A stretch of 64,000 nt of DNA from an uncultured delta proteobacterium (GTDB lineage: Bacteria > Desulfobacterota > Desulfobacteria > Desulfobacterales > Desulfatirhabdiaceae), in assembly GCA_963789395.1 (NCBI GenBank), contig CAWBKP010000010.1:1-64000 (forward strand), given 5' to 3'. The notes beneath the pieces were generated by a model. That model was not told the DNA's origin. It searched no databases and saw only the letters and a list, made by a program, of their open reading frames with translations. Below are positions 1 through 10,484 of the stretch, piece by piece; position 1 is the stretch's first letter, and the number at the start of each line of letters is the position of its first letter. The translations under genes were made by a program, and so were the position numbers.

Positions 1-471
1 TGCGATTCGTAACTGTGCAATCGATGCTCGGGCGTCTCCTTTACTTATGTCCGGAACGATTCTTAGTTCCAGCGCCGTCACCCCGACGAGATCAACCGTG
101 TAATCTTCAACCTCGCGCGTCATGCCCGGCGGACTGAAGTTATATTGCTGACGCACAATCTCCCGGTAAGATTGACCGGCGTCCGGCGACCATCGCAGCA
201 CGAACTCTTGCGTGCGCGCCAGCTGATCTTCTTGAAACAGTATTTGAATATGCCTGACCCGCAGCGGCTCGTCAAACAGAAGGCGGATCGTCTGCTCCCC
301 GGCTTGTGCCGCCCGCCAACCCGATTCGAAGCCGGGTATCAGCGCCGCCTCGATCGGGTGTGCCGCATCCTCGGACGTAAGTTCGACTTGCGCCAAGCGT
401 TGCAGGTCTATCCAACTTTGTTCGACGGGTGAGACATTTTGAGGATTCTGATTCATTATCCGCTTGCGCAT
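1..471 (-). CDS. Carbohydrate-binding (galactose-binding-like fold) protein; runs off the left window edge, absent from the ORF track
   Basis: Manual translation from ATG at 471: MRKRIMNQNPQNVSPVEQSWIDLQRLAQVELTSEDAAHPIEAAL...GWRAAQAGEQTIRLLFDEP...RTQEFVLRWS...REIVRQQYNFSPPG; open to base 1; purine-rich RBS upstream. Confidence 0.7.
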   Translation of the reverse strand, partial: MRKRIMNQNPQNVSPVEQSWIDLQRLAQVELTSEDAAHPIEAALIPGFESGWRAAQAGEQTIRLLFDEPLRVRHIQILFQEDQLARTQEFVLRWSPDAGQSYREIVRQQYNFSPPGMTREVEDYTVDLVGVTALELRIVPDISKGDARASIAQLRIA

Positions 472-503
472 TGCCTTTCCTCCTTTACTTTTCTGTGTTT
501 TCT

Positions 504-628
504 TCAACAGGGATGAGTCGACCACGCTTTGTCATCGATGATAAAATCCTCGATGTGGCCAATCTCGCCGCCTGAGGCAGGGATGTGACAGCCACTCACT
601 TCGTGAGTATGCGCAAATGAGGATCCCA
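504..628 (-). pseudogene. PRC-barrel domain protein fragment
   Basis: Translates (with one shift) as WDPHLR.THEVSGCHIPASGGEIGHIEDFIIDDKAW, matching the DPHLRS..EV.G..I.A.DGEIGHV.DF..DD..W pattern; no start codon. Confidence 0.55.
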
Positions 629-641
629 CGATTTTTTATCC

Positions 642-1968
642 TCATGAGAAGAACACTTCGAGTGTGTCGCGCACACGCGTTAGTTGGCTCTCAAACCTTG
701 TCCTGTCGTACGGGGACGCGATGGTGCGTTCGGCCAATTCGGCGACCCATTCCACTCTTTCAAGTATTGCCCGCCGCCGGTTTGGGCTGGCTGTCAGACT
801 GGCGATTGTTTGAAGCGCGCAGAGCATCCGCGACATGATGGCGACGTTGCCAGCTGCATTCTGCCGGATCTGGTCGAAGGCTTCGGATAGCAGGCTCTCG
901 AAGCGCGGGCCTCGGGCAAGCACCCGAAGCTCCCCCTGATCAAAACGATGGGGGGTCGCAATCCGTCGGTCCGCAAGCCGAACCAGGATAGCCGCCAGGT
1001 AATCCACACACATCACTGCGGTCGTGGTGTCGTTAATGCCGGGAGACAATGCTTTCATGGCGATATCAACGATCTGCCGGATTCCGAATGCGGCATCCGT
1101 TTCCACCGTGCGCTGACGGCTGATGACATAGGCCGCGTTCAGCTCGGCAGCCGTCTCGTCGTCCAGACCGTCCGGGTCGATCACCGAAACCAGTGGCGTG
1201 CCCTCGATGACAAATTCCCCGATGCTGCGTTCCATCCGCAGAATGGTCCCGTGTTTCCGGGCCACATTCAGGAGCACGTCTATTTCAATATTTTCGATGT
1301 AACCGGTTTTCCGGGTCGGAACAGCAGACCAAGGCTGATTCGCAAGAGACGCCCGCAGGTTGTCGTCCCCGTCTTCATCATCGCCTTCACCCATCTCCTT
1401 GGGAAATAACTGATCCACGGCCGCGATGGTCTCGTGTGGCAGCCCTGGCAATAATGCTCGACGCCTGGATGGACATCGAGATGTAGTGAATGAAGTAGAT
1501 CAGAAAGGCGATTCCGACGAAAGCAAGGATCAGACCGGCCAGCACCGCAAGGGCTGGGACAAACGCCCCTTCGTCGCCCCCGTGAATCGTCCGCAGCACC
1601 ACCAAACAGTAGGCGAAGATGCCGACGAACACGCCGAGCACGATCTGGTTGACGCGGTCCCGCATAAAATTGCGAATGACCCGTGACGTGTACTGACTGG
1701 ACGTCAGCGAGAGGGCAACGAGGGTGATTGAGAACACCACCCCGGCCACCGTGATCATCGAGCCGGCGACCGCCGTCAGCAGGCCGCGGGCACCAGCCGC
1801 ACCGGCTCCGAATACCAGCGGCCATCGCTCGACAGCATGCAGATCGACTGTCGCGTCCACAGTGATCAGGACCGTGGCGAGCACCACTGCGTCCAGAACC
1901 ATCAAGGCAGGTACGAACCAGAAGCTCGACCGTTTTTCTTGCCACCAATGGTGAAGTTTCATTAACAT
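642..1968 (-). CDS. DUF2254 family membrane protein, split by a 1-nt frameshift near 1440
   Basis: ORF 1387-1968 (SFWFVPALM, GSMITVAGVVFSITLVALSLTSSQYTSRVIRNF) joins ORF 642-1451 (QIVDIAMKALSPGINDTTTAV) if one base is removed at GCTGCCACACGAG. Confidence 0.8.
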
Positions 1969-2113
1969 TTCCGTTTATGTCTCCATTATGGTTTCGGATC
2001 TTTTAACTGTTCTCAGATGCAGGGGTGTCGGAAGTAACCGATCGGAGATTCTCCCTGTCCTTCAATGGTTGTTTGCCCACCGGGGCAGCATAATGACAAC
2101 CGAACCTCGCATT

Positions 2114-3022
2114 TTACTTTCCAATCATTGGAGAGCGGGAATTGTCCTCACGAAGATAGCCTTTTCTCAGGCCGGACAGAAACCCCTCAATTATTTCCGG
2201 AGTGACCGGTTTGATTTCCGCAAAAGGCCGGTCGGTAATCTCTTTCCGGAACCGGTCGGCGAAAAGTTTGCGCGGCGCGGCGCGAAACAGAATGCCGATG
2301 GCGATTTTTTCCTTTGTTTCCATGGTTTTTCCCAAGGCAGCTATTCGATCGGCCGGGTCATAATCTTCGCCCAGTGCATAGACCCTTTCCCGGTACCAGC
2401 TCACCGGATGGGTTCCCCACGTGATGCATGGCTGGATTACTTCCACAATGGACAAACCGGGATGACCGATGGCCTCCAGCAGAAGCGATTTTAAATGATC
2501 GCCGTCCCCTGCAAATCCCCTGGCCACGAACGAACAATCATGGACGATGGCGATGGCCGGCATGTTCAGGGGCGCAATTTCCACACCGTGGATCTGGAGG
2601 CTTCGCTTTTCCCCGATTCTCGTGGTCGGGGAAGCCTGGCCTTTGGTGAGGGCATAAAACCCGTTGTTATGGATCACCACCGTGATATCGGGATTGCGGC
2701 GCAGCGCATGGAGGAAATGGTTGCCGCCTTCTCCGTAACAGTCTCCTTCTCCGGTAACGACAATGGTTGTCAGGCGCGGATTGGCCACATGGATGCCCAG
2801 GGCCGCCGGAAGGGCCCTTCCGTGCAATCCATTGAAAAAATTACATTCGAGATAGTGTGGCAATTTGGCTGCCTGCCCGATGCCGGAAACAAGGCAACAC
2901 TCGTGGGGCTTCTTCCCCAATGTGGTCAACGCCGTCTTGAGGGCGTTGAGGATACCGAAATTCGGACATCCGGGGCACCACTGAACCGGAACATCGTTTT
3001 TGTAGTCGTCGATTTTCACCAT
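2114..3022 (-). CDS. korB: 2-oxoacid:ferredoxin oxidoreductase beta subunit (TPP-binding)
   Basis: WCPGCPNFGI, SGIGQA, LHGRALPAA, GEGD...NNGFYALTKGQASPT, QPCITW; overlaps the alpha gene. Substrate not determinable. Confidence 0.9.
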   Translation of the reverse strand: MVKIDDYKNDVPVQWCPGCPNFGILNALKTALTTLGKKPHECCLVSGIGQAAKLPHYLECNFFNGLHGRALPAALGIHVANPRLTTIVVTGEGDCYGEGGNHFLHALRRNPDITVVIHNNGFYALTKGQASPTTRIGEKRSLQIHGVEIAPLNMPAIAIVHDCSFVARGFAGDGDHLKSLLLEAIGHPGLSIVEVIQPCITWGTHPVSWYRERVYALGEDYDPADRIAALGKTMETKEKIAIGILFRAAPRKLFADRFRKEITDRPFAEIKPVTPEIIEGFLSGLRKGYLREDNSRSPMIGK

Positions 3023-4689
3023 TGCAACTTCTCCTGAATGTAGGGTCCGGTCAACGGCAGTCCATCATACCGATGGACCTCGCCGGAAAAAGTAATTCCG
3101 TATTCGGAGCGCAGCAATCTTGCCAATTGGCCGGTGGCATTGTTTTCGACGCTCCAGTACGCCTTGCCTTCGGGAAACCGGTATGCAGGCAGCGGCCACA
3201 TTTCCGTGAAATGGATCATGCCCGTCCGGTTCCCGTTTTTTCGAAGCCGTTCAAGGGTTTCCAACAGAGCCGGGCGCGAGGATCCCCATCCCACCAGAAT
3301 CCGCTCCGCTTTCTCGACATCGACCTCCTCGGGCGGGCGGATGGCGGCTTTCAGCTCCCGATGCTTGGCAAGGCGTTTTTCAACCATTTCCGGAACGGTT
3401 CCTGCCAGGTCTTCGGTGATATGTCCCCGGCAGTCGTGTTCATCGCTGTCCGCGGTCACCAGATGCAGGCTTTGGCCCGGACACAGGCGCGGAGATATGC
3501 CGGTTTCCGTCACCTGATAGCGATGGTATTTGTCGATGCCGGACGAATCCGCCAGATGGAATTCGGGAGCGTATTGCTCCAGACGGACGTCTTCCACGGA
3601 AAAGAGAGAATCCAGTTGGAACTGATCGGTGAGCACAATGGCCGGAATCTGATAACGGTCGGCCAGATTGAAGGCGCGTACGGTTTGTCTGAAGATATCG
3701 TTTGCATCTGCCGGCGCCAGCACCAGTTTGGAAAATTCACCATGCCCTGCGTGGACGGCGAACAGGAGATCGCCCTGAGCGGTGCGGGTCGGCAGCCCGG
3801 TGGCAGGTCCCGGTCGTTGCCCCAGGACGATGACCAGAGGCGTTTCGAGCATCCCGGCCAGACTGACGCCTTCAGCCATCAGGGCGAACCCGCCGCCGGA
3901 GGTGGCTGTCATGGCCCGGGCTCCGGCAAAACTGGCGCCAATAGCCATGTTGACAGCAGCGATCTCGTCTTCGGCCTGCTCGGTGAACACTTCGAATTTC
4001 TTCTCGTTTTCGGCCAGAATGGTGATGATGCCGGTTGCCGGCGACATGGGATACGCCGCAATGAACCGGCACCCGGCCAAAAGCGCCGCCAAGGCGATGG
4101 ATTCTGTTCCCGAGATGAGTTGATACCGGCTGTCCCGCTCCGGAAGCTTCCAGGAGCAGATACCCTGGCAGCCTTCACTGGCGAGGAGATAACCTTTCTC
4201 AGCCGCAACGCGATTGGCCGCCACCACCGGCTCCCCTTTTTCGGCGAATCTTTTGGCAAGGACCGTATGGAGAACCTCAAGATTCATGCCGATCGCCGCA
4301 GCCAGTGCACCGAGGGCCATCGTGTTGGCGTATATCTTGTTGCCCAGTTCCGTCCGGGCAATATCCGAAAAAGCGATGGGAATCATCCGCTCCCGGACCT
4401 TTTTCTCCGCGATGAGAATTCCGTCTTTTTGAATCAGCGGCCCGTATTTAATGGCCGCTTCGTCATTCAACGCCAAAAGAATATCCGCTTTCATGACCGG
4501 CGCATTGACCGGTTTTTCGCTGATCCGGATGGAATAACTGTTCTGCCCTCCCCGGATTCTGGATTCGAATTCCTGCCAGGCGAATACGGCATAGCCGTGT
4601 CCAGCGATGGTTTCCGCGAGAACTTCCCCGACGGTCTGCACGCCTTCACCGGCCGATCCGGCAATGACCACATTCAGATCCTCCAACAT
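3016..4689 (-). CDS. korA: 2-oxoacid:ferredoxin oxidoreductase alpha subunit (gamma-alpha fusion type)
   Basis: GSAGEGVQT, ESRIRGG, AYPMSPAT, QAEDEIAA, TATSGGGFALMAE, QRPGPATGLPTRTAQGDL. Confidence 0.9.
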   Translation of the reverse strand: MLEDLNVVIAGSAGEGVQTVGEVLAETIAGHGYAVFAWQEFESRIRGGQNSYSIRISEKPVNAPVMKADILLALNDEAAIKYGPLIQKDGILIAEKKVRERMIPIAFSDIARTELGNKIYANTMALGALAAAIGMNLEVLHTVLAKRFAEKGEPVVAANRVAAEKGYLLASEGCQGICSWKLPERDSRYQLISGTESIALAALLAGCRFIAAYPMSPATGIITILAENEKKFEVFTEQAEDEIAAVNMAIGASFAGARAMTATSGGGFALMAEGVSLAGMLETPLVIVLGQRPGPATGLPTRTAQGDLLFAVHAGHGEFSKLVLAPADANDIFRQTVRAFNLADRYQIPAIVLTDQFQLDSLFSVEDVRLEQYAPEFHLADSSGIDKYHRYQVTETGISPRLCPGQSLHLVTADSDEHDCRGHITEDLAGTVPEMVEKRLAKHRELKAAIRPPEEVDVEKAERILVGWGSSRPALLETLERLRKNGNRTGMIHFTEMWPLPAYRFPEGKAYWSVENNATGQLARLLRSEYGITFSGEVHRYDGLPLTGPYIQEKLQW

Positions 4690-4969
4690 GTAATATCTCC
4701 CTTCATAATCGTTCAGTAATCCCCACTGCTCGCAGCCCGTTTATTCCACAAGCCGCGACACCCGCTTGTTGGTGTCAAGTCAATCCGCTTTTACCATTTG
4801 CATGCGATAGGATCACCCGCGAACCGCCAACAATAATTATCCATGTCATAAGATAATCGAAAAATGGTATTTTGCCCAGAGCTCCATCAATGGATTGAGG
4901 AATGTTATGTCCCCTAAGCGCCGCACGCCAAGCGATAAGGAAACAAACTTGTAACCGTTCAGACCGCCA

Positions 4970-5890
4970 TCAGCCATCGACCCATCCCCTTCTTGACTGA
5001 GATACAGTCCAAGCCGTCTGTCCTTGCATATCCTTCGGGAAATCAGCCATGCGAGAAACCGACTCCAGCGCAGAGAATTCCTTGCGCAACTCTTCGAGCT
5101 TTTTCGTAGCGGCTTCGTAAGCGTCGTTGCCAAGGAGAAGACGGTGTGGCGGATTCAGGGACTCGGTCGCCTTTACGATTACGTGTGCCGCGCGAACCGG
5201 GTCACCGGGTTGTCTGCCGGAGATGGTGCGCACTTGATTGCTCCATGCGCCCGCCATTGCAGCGTAATCGCTAATTTGCCGCTTGCTTTCGTTCGCCGAA
5301 CGCCCGGCCCAATCGGTGCGGAATCCACTCGGCTCAACAAGCATCACCTTGATGCCCAGCGGTTCCACCTCCTGCCAGAGTGCTTCGGACAGACCTTCGA
5401 CAGCGAATTTCGTCGCGTTGTAGTAGCCGATCGACGGAAAAGAACGAAGTCCGCCGATACAAGAGAGATTGACGATGAATCCCTTGCGACGTTTTCGCAT
5501 TCCAGGCAGAACCGCATGAATCATTCGGCTCAGACCGAACACGTTGATCTCGAACATTCGGCGCACTTGATCTTCCTCACTCTCTTCAACAGATGAGAAA
5601 TAGCAGATGCCCGCGTTGTTCATGAGCACATCGATGCGACCGAATTTTTTCTCAGCTTCCTTGATGGCCGCATCGATTTGGCCATGATCCGTGACATCGA
5701 GCTTGAGCACCAAGGCATCTCCGTAAGCGGCCAGGTCCGTTATGTCATTCAGATCGCGGGCAGTCACCACCGCACGGTAGCCGCACTCGAGCACATGTTT
5801 TGCAAGCTCCCGGCCGATGCCGGTCGAGCAACCCGTAATAAACCAAACAGGCTTTCCGGTGATTGCTAATTTGCTATTTGTAGCTGCCAT
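4970..5890 (-). CDS. Classical short-chain dehydrogenase/reductase
   Basis: TGCSTGIG, NNAG, YNATK catalytic motif, VEPSGFRTDW. Confidence 0.9.
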   Translation of the reverse strand: MAATNSKLAITGKPVWFITGCSTGIGRELAKHVLECGYRAVVTARDLNDITDLAAYGDALVLKLDVTDHGQIDAAIKEAEKKFGRIDVLMNNAGICYFSSVEESEEDQVRRMFEINVFGLSRMIHAVLPGMRKRRKGFIVNLSCIGGLRSFPSIGYYNATKFAVEGLSEALWQEVEPLGIKVMLVEPSGFRTDWAGRSANESKRQISDYAAMAGAWSNQVRTISGRQPGDPVRAAHVIVKATESLNPPHRLLLGNDAYEAATKKLEELRKEFSALESVSRMADFPKDMQGQTAWTVSQSRRGWVDG

Positions 5891-5931
5891 TGTCGATTCT
5901 CCCTATTGCATTATTGTATTCATCAACAAAA

Positions 5932-6079
5932 TGCATACGTTGTGCCAGGTTCCCAACATCCAGTATCACGCCATCCATCATTATGATATTTATGAATAAT
6001 TAAATGATAAAGCATTCGCATGGCTGTTATTGCCAGCCATAATAAATTGGTTATATTTAACCTATGATCATATATGACC
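5932..6079 (-). promoter_or_regulatory. sigma54 promoter module copy 1 (-24/-12 site, IHF-like site, tandem palindromic UAS)
   Basis: Minus strand TGGCACAACGTATGCA (GG-N10-GC, 5932-5947); IHF-like TATCATAATGATG (5976-5988); plus strand GGTTATATTTAACC-TAT-GATCATATATGACC (6049-6079). Confidence 0.8.
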
Positions 6080-6721
6080 TTTTTGTTCCTTCATCCTTCA
6101 CTTGTCCCATAACACCGCATGCGCAATTCGTTCAATTTTTTGAGCGATACCTTCGTCGACAAAAGAGGCTGTAAAATAATTCACCAACAAAAAAACTGAA
6201 ATCATCCAGACGAAAATGCCCTGAAATTCCAGCGCATCTGAAGCGGGCCCAGATTCGGGGAGTTTACTGAATCCCGCAATGGTTGGCGGGTTGTGTGAAG
6301 GCAGAAGGACCGTATTTTTTATTTTTTACCTGTGCAATCACATGCACCGGTCATTGGTTCACGGCTCGCACCGCCTGAAGCAGCGCAACCACCTGTTCAC
6401 TACACCCGGTCAGAGAGTATTAGAGTCAGTAGCGGTGGAGCAACCGTTAAGAAGCACGAAGTATGAAATCACAATTGTCCGCATGACAGAGCTCACACAT
6501 GGCAGGGAGGGCGCTGGTGGATTGATGGAGCAACAACGCCATCTTGACCTGACCAGTGCGGCAAATTTTTTCAAAGCAGATAAACTCAATTTCATAATCT
6601 TCTGGCTTGAATTCATTTGTGTATAAAAAACCACTCCGATGATTAACGATAATAATCAGGAATGACGAATGAATCCGAAATAGAGAGTGACATCCGCAGC
6701 GGCAGTTGAACCATTTTCTTG

Positions 6722-7993
6722 TTACTGATCTTGTCCCTTTGAAGGACTACTCTTTTCAAACAAAGCGATTCCAGCCAGACAATCCAGGTCAGCGTCCGTT
6801 GCCGTGGGAAGAAAGCGCTTTCGATAAAGCTCGTCGTGAATGATATCCACAATAGCGACCAGAGGGGCTGCGACCAAAACCCCCAGCACACCGAAGGCGG
6901 CTACACACAAAAGCATGGAAAAGATCACTGCCAACGGATGCAATTTCATGCCCCGCGCCATAATCAAAGGGAGGATCATATTGTTCTCCACAGCTTGAAC
7001 CAAGAGGTAGGCCAGTATGACCCACACCGGGGTCATCCCTCCTTTGCCGAGAGCGAACAAGATTGCGGGCACGGCGCTTAGGATCGGACCCAGAAAGGGA
7101 ATCGCTTCCAGGACGCCCGCGATCAGTCCGAGAACCAGCGCGTCCATGAATCCGAAGATCGTCCACATGAGCAGGAAAACCAGCAGGCCAATCGTCAACA
7201 TCCCCAGCAACGTCGTTGCAACCCACCCGGGCACGAATTTTCCAATGCGTTGCACGATGGTCACTGTCTGATCGTGGTGGCGCTCGGGCACCAGGGAAAA
7301 TATGGCCCTAAAGATCGGACGGGGATTCATGAGCGTAAAAGTTACACCGAAGAAGACCGTCACCAAAACAATCAGGATTTGAGTTGCGTTGAACGCCACC
7401 GTCGTGAAGCGACCGACCACGCCCTGGAACATCTCGCTCAAACTGGAACGAAGAGATTTCGACTCTTTTACGGGTTTGGATGGAATCGCTTCAGCGATTT
7501 GTTGAGCGGCCTCGGGCTTGCCCTCCTCCGTCGCGGTCCGGGCAATTTCAGTGGTGACTTCCGCCTGAAGTTTTTCCTCGGAAAGCACCGCTTGTTGCTC
7601 CATCTTGATCAGGGGCTTTTGGAGACGTTCCCAGTAAGCGGGCACTTGCTCCGAGAGCTTGGATACCGAGTCTTTCATCGGCCCGAAGAAAACCCAGCCC
7701 ATCAAGGTAATGACAACAACCAATGCCGCCACGATCAGACCCGTCGCGCTTTTTCTACCACCCCTTAAAGCCCGCATCCGCGATATCAACGGATTGATTG
7801 CGAGCGAAATCAGAAGAATGAGCAGTATCGACAGCAGAATGGGAGACAGCAGCGAGAACGATTGGATGAAAGCAAATAGTGACGCTCCCAGGATCACATA
7901 GAAAGAAATCGAGCATTGCTTCACCTCAGACTTGGGGCTGTTTGGCACGACGTTATCTCCCGTTAATTTCTTTTGTTCGCATGTGTGCCACAA
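6722..7993 (-). CDS. AI-2E family transporter (start may be slightly downstream)
   Basis: Multi-TM protein; LEAIPFLGPILSAVP, VQAVENNMILPLIM, LHPLAVIFSML, GVLGVLVAAP. Confidence 0.9.
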   Translation of the reverse strand: MWHTCEQKKLTGDNVVPNSPKSEVKQCSISFYVILGASLFAFIQSFSLLSPILLSILLILLISLAINPLISRMRALRGGRKSATGLIVAALVVVITLMGWVFFGPMKDSVSKLSEQVPAYWERLQKPLIKMEQQAVLSEEKLQAEVTTEIARTATEEGKPEAAQQIAEAIPSKPVKESKSLRSSLSEMFQGVVGRFTTVAFNATQILIVLVTVFFGVTFTLMNPRPIFRAIFSLVPERHHDQTVTIVQRIGKFVPGWVATTLLGMLTIGLLVFLLMWTIFGFMDALVLGLIAGVLEAIPFLGPILSAVPAILFALGKGGMTPVWVILAYLLVQAVENNMILPLIMARGMKLHPLAVIFSMLLCVAAFGVLGVLVAAPLVAIVDIIHDELYRKRFLPTATDADLDCLAGIALFEKSSPSKGQDQ

Positions 7994-8021
7994 TTTTTTT
8001 TACCGACAATGACCGCATTTT

Positions 8022-8160
8022 GCCCCGGCCTGCTCGAAGGACCGTTACGCCCAGGGCGACGACCCAGACTTCGGCAAACCGTGTGGGCCGGCTCGGAGTG
8101 AACCTATAAAGCAGGCACACTCCGAAGCATCACTACCAACGGGATAAATAAGCTTCCCGT
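8022..8160 (-). pseudogene. Probable YihY/BrkB-family internal fragment
   Basis: Minus-strand translation CLLYRFTPSRPTRFAEVWVVALGVTVL resembles the YihY LY...P......VW.GA segment; no start; adjacent to an AI-2E gene. Confidence 0.45.
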
Positions 8161-8323
8161 GTCATACACCCAGAAATGGAAATTCATGCATTGGAAACAG
8201 CCGGCCTTCGACGCAGCACTTGACAGTGCTGCTGCCTCATCACAATCATGGCCGGAGACAATGACAGTCATAAGTTTGCCGTCCCACTATTTCGTCAGGG
8301 AACGCAGAATAACCGAAAACACG

Positions 8324-8586
8324 TCAGGCCATCCCCTGGGTTTTGATATCGCCAAGCTTGCCAGACTTGGCAGACCTCACCCGGTTCTCCAAGGTGGACT
8401 TTGGCAAAGAAAGACGCGCAGATACTTCCCCTGCAGACATTCCGTTTTCAATAACCAACCGGGCAGCCTCTTCCCTGGATTCTTATGTCTGTCGGTCCTG
8501 TGGAATTTTCGCCATGGATGACACTTCCGTCTTATCTACTTGTAAACTTTCAAAATTTTGGTGTCCATTATTTTCAGCTTACCGCT
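8324..8586 (-). mobile_element. IS3-family left end: IRL plus truncated OrfA pseudogene (8515-8324)
   Basis: IR-like AGCGGTAAGCTGAAAATAATGGACACC (8586-8560), followed by MAKIPQDRQT*ESREEAARLVIENGMSAGEVSARLSLPKSTLENRVRSAKSGKLG, an IS3 OrfA HTH with an internal stop. Confidence 0.75.
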
Positions 8587-8603
8587 GTTTTTGCAGTTCA
8601 ATA

Positions 8604-10196
8604 TTATCTGCTGATGGCTTTAAGTGCTCCAAGCAAATACTTTGGATTGTGAGTCGAGTCGTACATTGGATGTACATTCTGTCCCGTATCAAACAACCCA
8701 TATACAGCCATTTGCGCCGTCCGCACTGAATACTCTACCGTAAACACACAGTCTTTCGGTGCTTCGGCAAATTGACCCAAAAAGGCAAAATTCGTTGCGC
8801 CTTCCGGTATGACCTTTGGTCTATCTCCAATTATTCTCGGCATGAACAGACTATCAATAAACGGCATCGCAACCGGAATACAATTTGCCTTACCGGCTGC
8901 AGTAACCGGTTTCATGATATCTTGAATTTTCAAATGATAATAAAGCTCTTCGAGCATTTCGGCACCGGTACACGCTGCCATGGTTTTGTCGATGTAATTG
9001 CCTTTTCTGTCGGGATAGAGCCCGTACCCCCAAAAAATCTTTACATCGTCCGGCTGGTTCGGAAAGTGAGGCTGTCGAGCGATGACAAATGACATGAGCC
9101 AGTTGGAGTCAGTCAGGGTAACCAGTCCGCCGGTTCCATCGACATTGCCGGAAAAGTTTTCCATATAATCATGAAAGGTGCTGTCTTTATAGGTGGCTGT
9201 AAATGAATACCATTTTTGCAAACCGATATTGTCACAAAATGGATCTGGGCTTCCGAACGCCTTGTCTTTTGTCGCTAGTTTTTTCCACAGTTTCCAGGAG
9301 CCGGAGTCTTCTATACCTTTCAACTTGGCTGGCGTATCCCAGGTTCCATTATCAGAACTTTCTGTGATGGAGCCATTTGTGATCAACACAAAATCATCTT
9401 TTCCAAGTACTATTTCAGTGTTGTCTTTAAGGTGGAGCATGGTAGCAGTCTTTTTGTCAGCGGATAGATTGAAATCGATATCAACAACTTCTTTGCCCAA
9501 TTCAAACTTCACGCCCTTTTCTTCGAGGTATTTTTTTAACGGCCTAACTACAGAGTCGTATTGATTGTATTTGGTACGCATTACACCGCCCAATCTGGGC
9601 AGGCCTTCGACAAGATGCACAAACCTTTTCATGTATCTTCTCATTTCGGCAAGGCTGCTCCATTTTTGAAATGCAAACATGGAACTCCATATATACCAGA
9701 ATGTTGTGTCAAAAAAGGCTTGATCAAACCAATCCTGTATTCGTTTATTGCCAAGAGATTTTTCTGAAACGAAAGTTAATTTAAGGAAGTCTGTTTGTTG
9801 TTTAAATGATAAACCATAAGAAGAGACATCCATTTTTTTTCCATCTTTCAGAAGACGGGCCTGTCCGTTTGAAACAAAACGTTCATTAAAATCAAAAGAT
9901 TCGTCTCGCACCGAAATATCGGGGTCTTCCAGCGAAGGAATGTGAGACAGCAGCTCCCAATAACATTCGTAATGCATTTCATGCATTCTTCCACCACGAA
10001 CGACAAATCCTTTATCTTTATCGCCTGAGCCATCAGTGGCGCCACCGACAATTGAATCTTTTTCCAAAATGTGAATATTTCCGCCGGGAATTCCAGCATC
10101 TTTTTCCAAATATACCGCACTTGCCAGTCCGGCAATTCCGCTGCCTATAAGGTACACCGTAGAACTTTTCGGGTTTGTATTACTTTCTGTTTTCAT
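8604..10196 (-). CDS. ohyA: Oleate hydratase (MCRA family, FAD-dependent fatty acid hydratase)
   Basis: GSGIAGLASAVYL, GGATDG, RGGRM, RTKYNQYDS, TGGLVTLTDSNW, NFAFLGQFAE, VFTVEYSVRTA. Confidence 0.92.
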   Translation of the reverse strand: MKTESNTNPKSSTVYLIGSGIAGLASAVYLEKDAGIPGGNIHILEKDSIVGGATDGSGDKDKGFVVRGGRMHEMHYECYWELLSHIPSLEDPDISVRDESFDFNERFVSNGQARLLKDGKKMDVSSYGLSFKQQTDFLKLTFVSEKSLGNKRIQDWFDQAFFDTTFWYIWSSMFAFQKWSSLAEMRRYMKRFVHLVEGLPRLGGVMRTKYNQYDSVVRPLKKYLEEKGVKFELGKEVVDIDFNLSADKKTATMLHLKDNTEIVLGKDDFVLITNGSITESSDNGTWDTPAKLKGIEDSGSWKLWKKLATKDKAFGSPDPFCDNIGLQKWYSFTATYKDSTFHDYMENFSGNVDGTGGLVTLTDSNWLMSFVIARQPHFPNQPDDVKIFWGYGLYPDRKGNYIDKTMAACTGAEMLEELYYHLKIQDIMKPVTAAGKANCIPVAMPFIDSLFMPRIIGDRPKVIPEGATNFAFLGQFAEAPKDCVFTVEYSVRTAQMAVYGLFDTGQNVHPMYDSTHNPKYLLGALKAISR

Positions 10197-10217
10197 AAAA
10201 GTCCCCTTTGAATAGTT

Positions 10218-10481
10218 TGAGGTCGGTCATCAATAATGTACACCAAGTTGAGCAGAGAATTGTTCCTGTTCATAAAACCGACGTTCAAAGATTGCTGGTG
10301 AAAGATAGCCAAGTTTTTCTTGTCGTCTTTGGCGGTTATAAAAAAACACTATGTATTCAGTGAGATCCAGATTAGCCTCTTGCCGGCTCGCATATTTTCG
10401 ATGAAAAACGAGCTCTGTTTTAAGCGTTTCCCAAAAACTTTCCATGGGAGCATTGTCAAAGCGGTTTCCTTTTCCACTCAA
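10218..10481 (-). mobile_element. IS3-family right end: OrfB C-terminal fragment plus IRR
   Basis: MSGKGNRFDNAPMESFWETLKTE...YNRQRRQEKLGYLSP (end of the integrase core); IRR TGAGGTCGGTCATCAATAATGTACACC at 10218-10244. Confidence 0.85.
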
Positions 10482-10484
10482 TGA

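Noticed and set aside
3022..4719. 565-aa plus-strand ORF
   Set aside because: Antisense shadow of the oxidoreductase alpha gene.
6049..6082. Repeated motif read as Xer dif/pdif sites (ATTTAAC... resembles a XerD arm)
   Set aside because: The spacer varies between 3 and 4 nt, the would-be central hexamer is conserved, each box is its own palindrome, and all copies sit at a fixed distance from sigma54 sites. An enhancer fits better.
6279..6660. Small ORFs here, including a minus-strand frame with CELCH (CxxCH)
   Set aside because: No convincing start, RBS or signal peptide; probably chance or an unrecognisable remnant.
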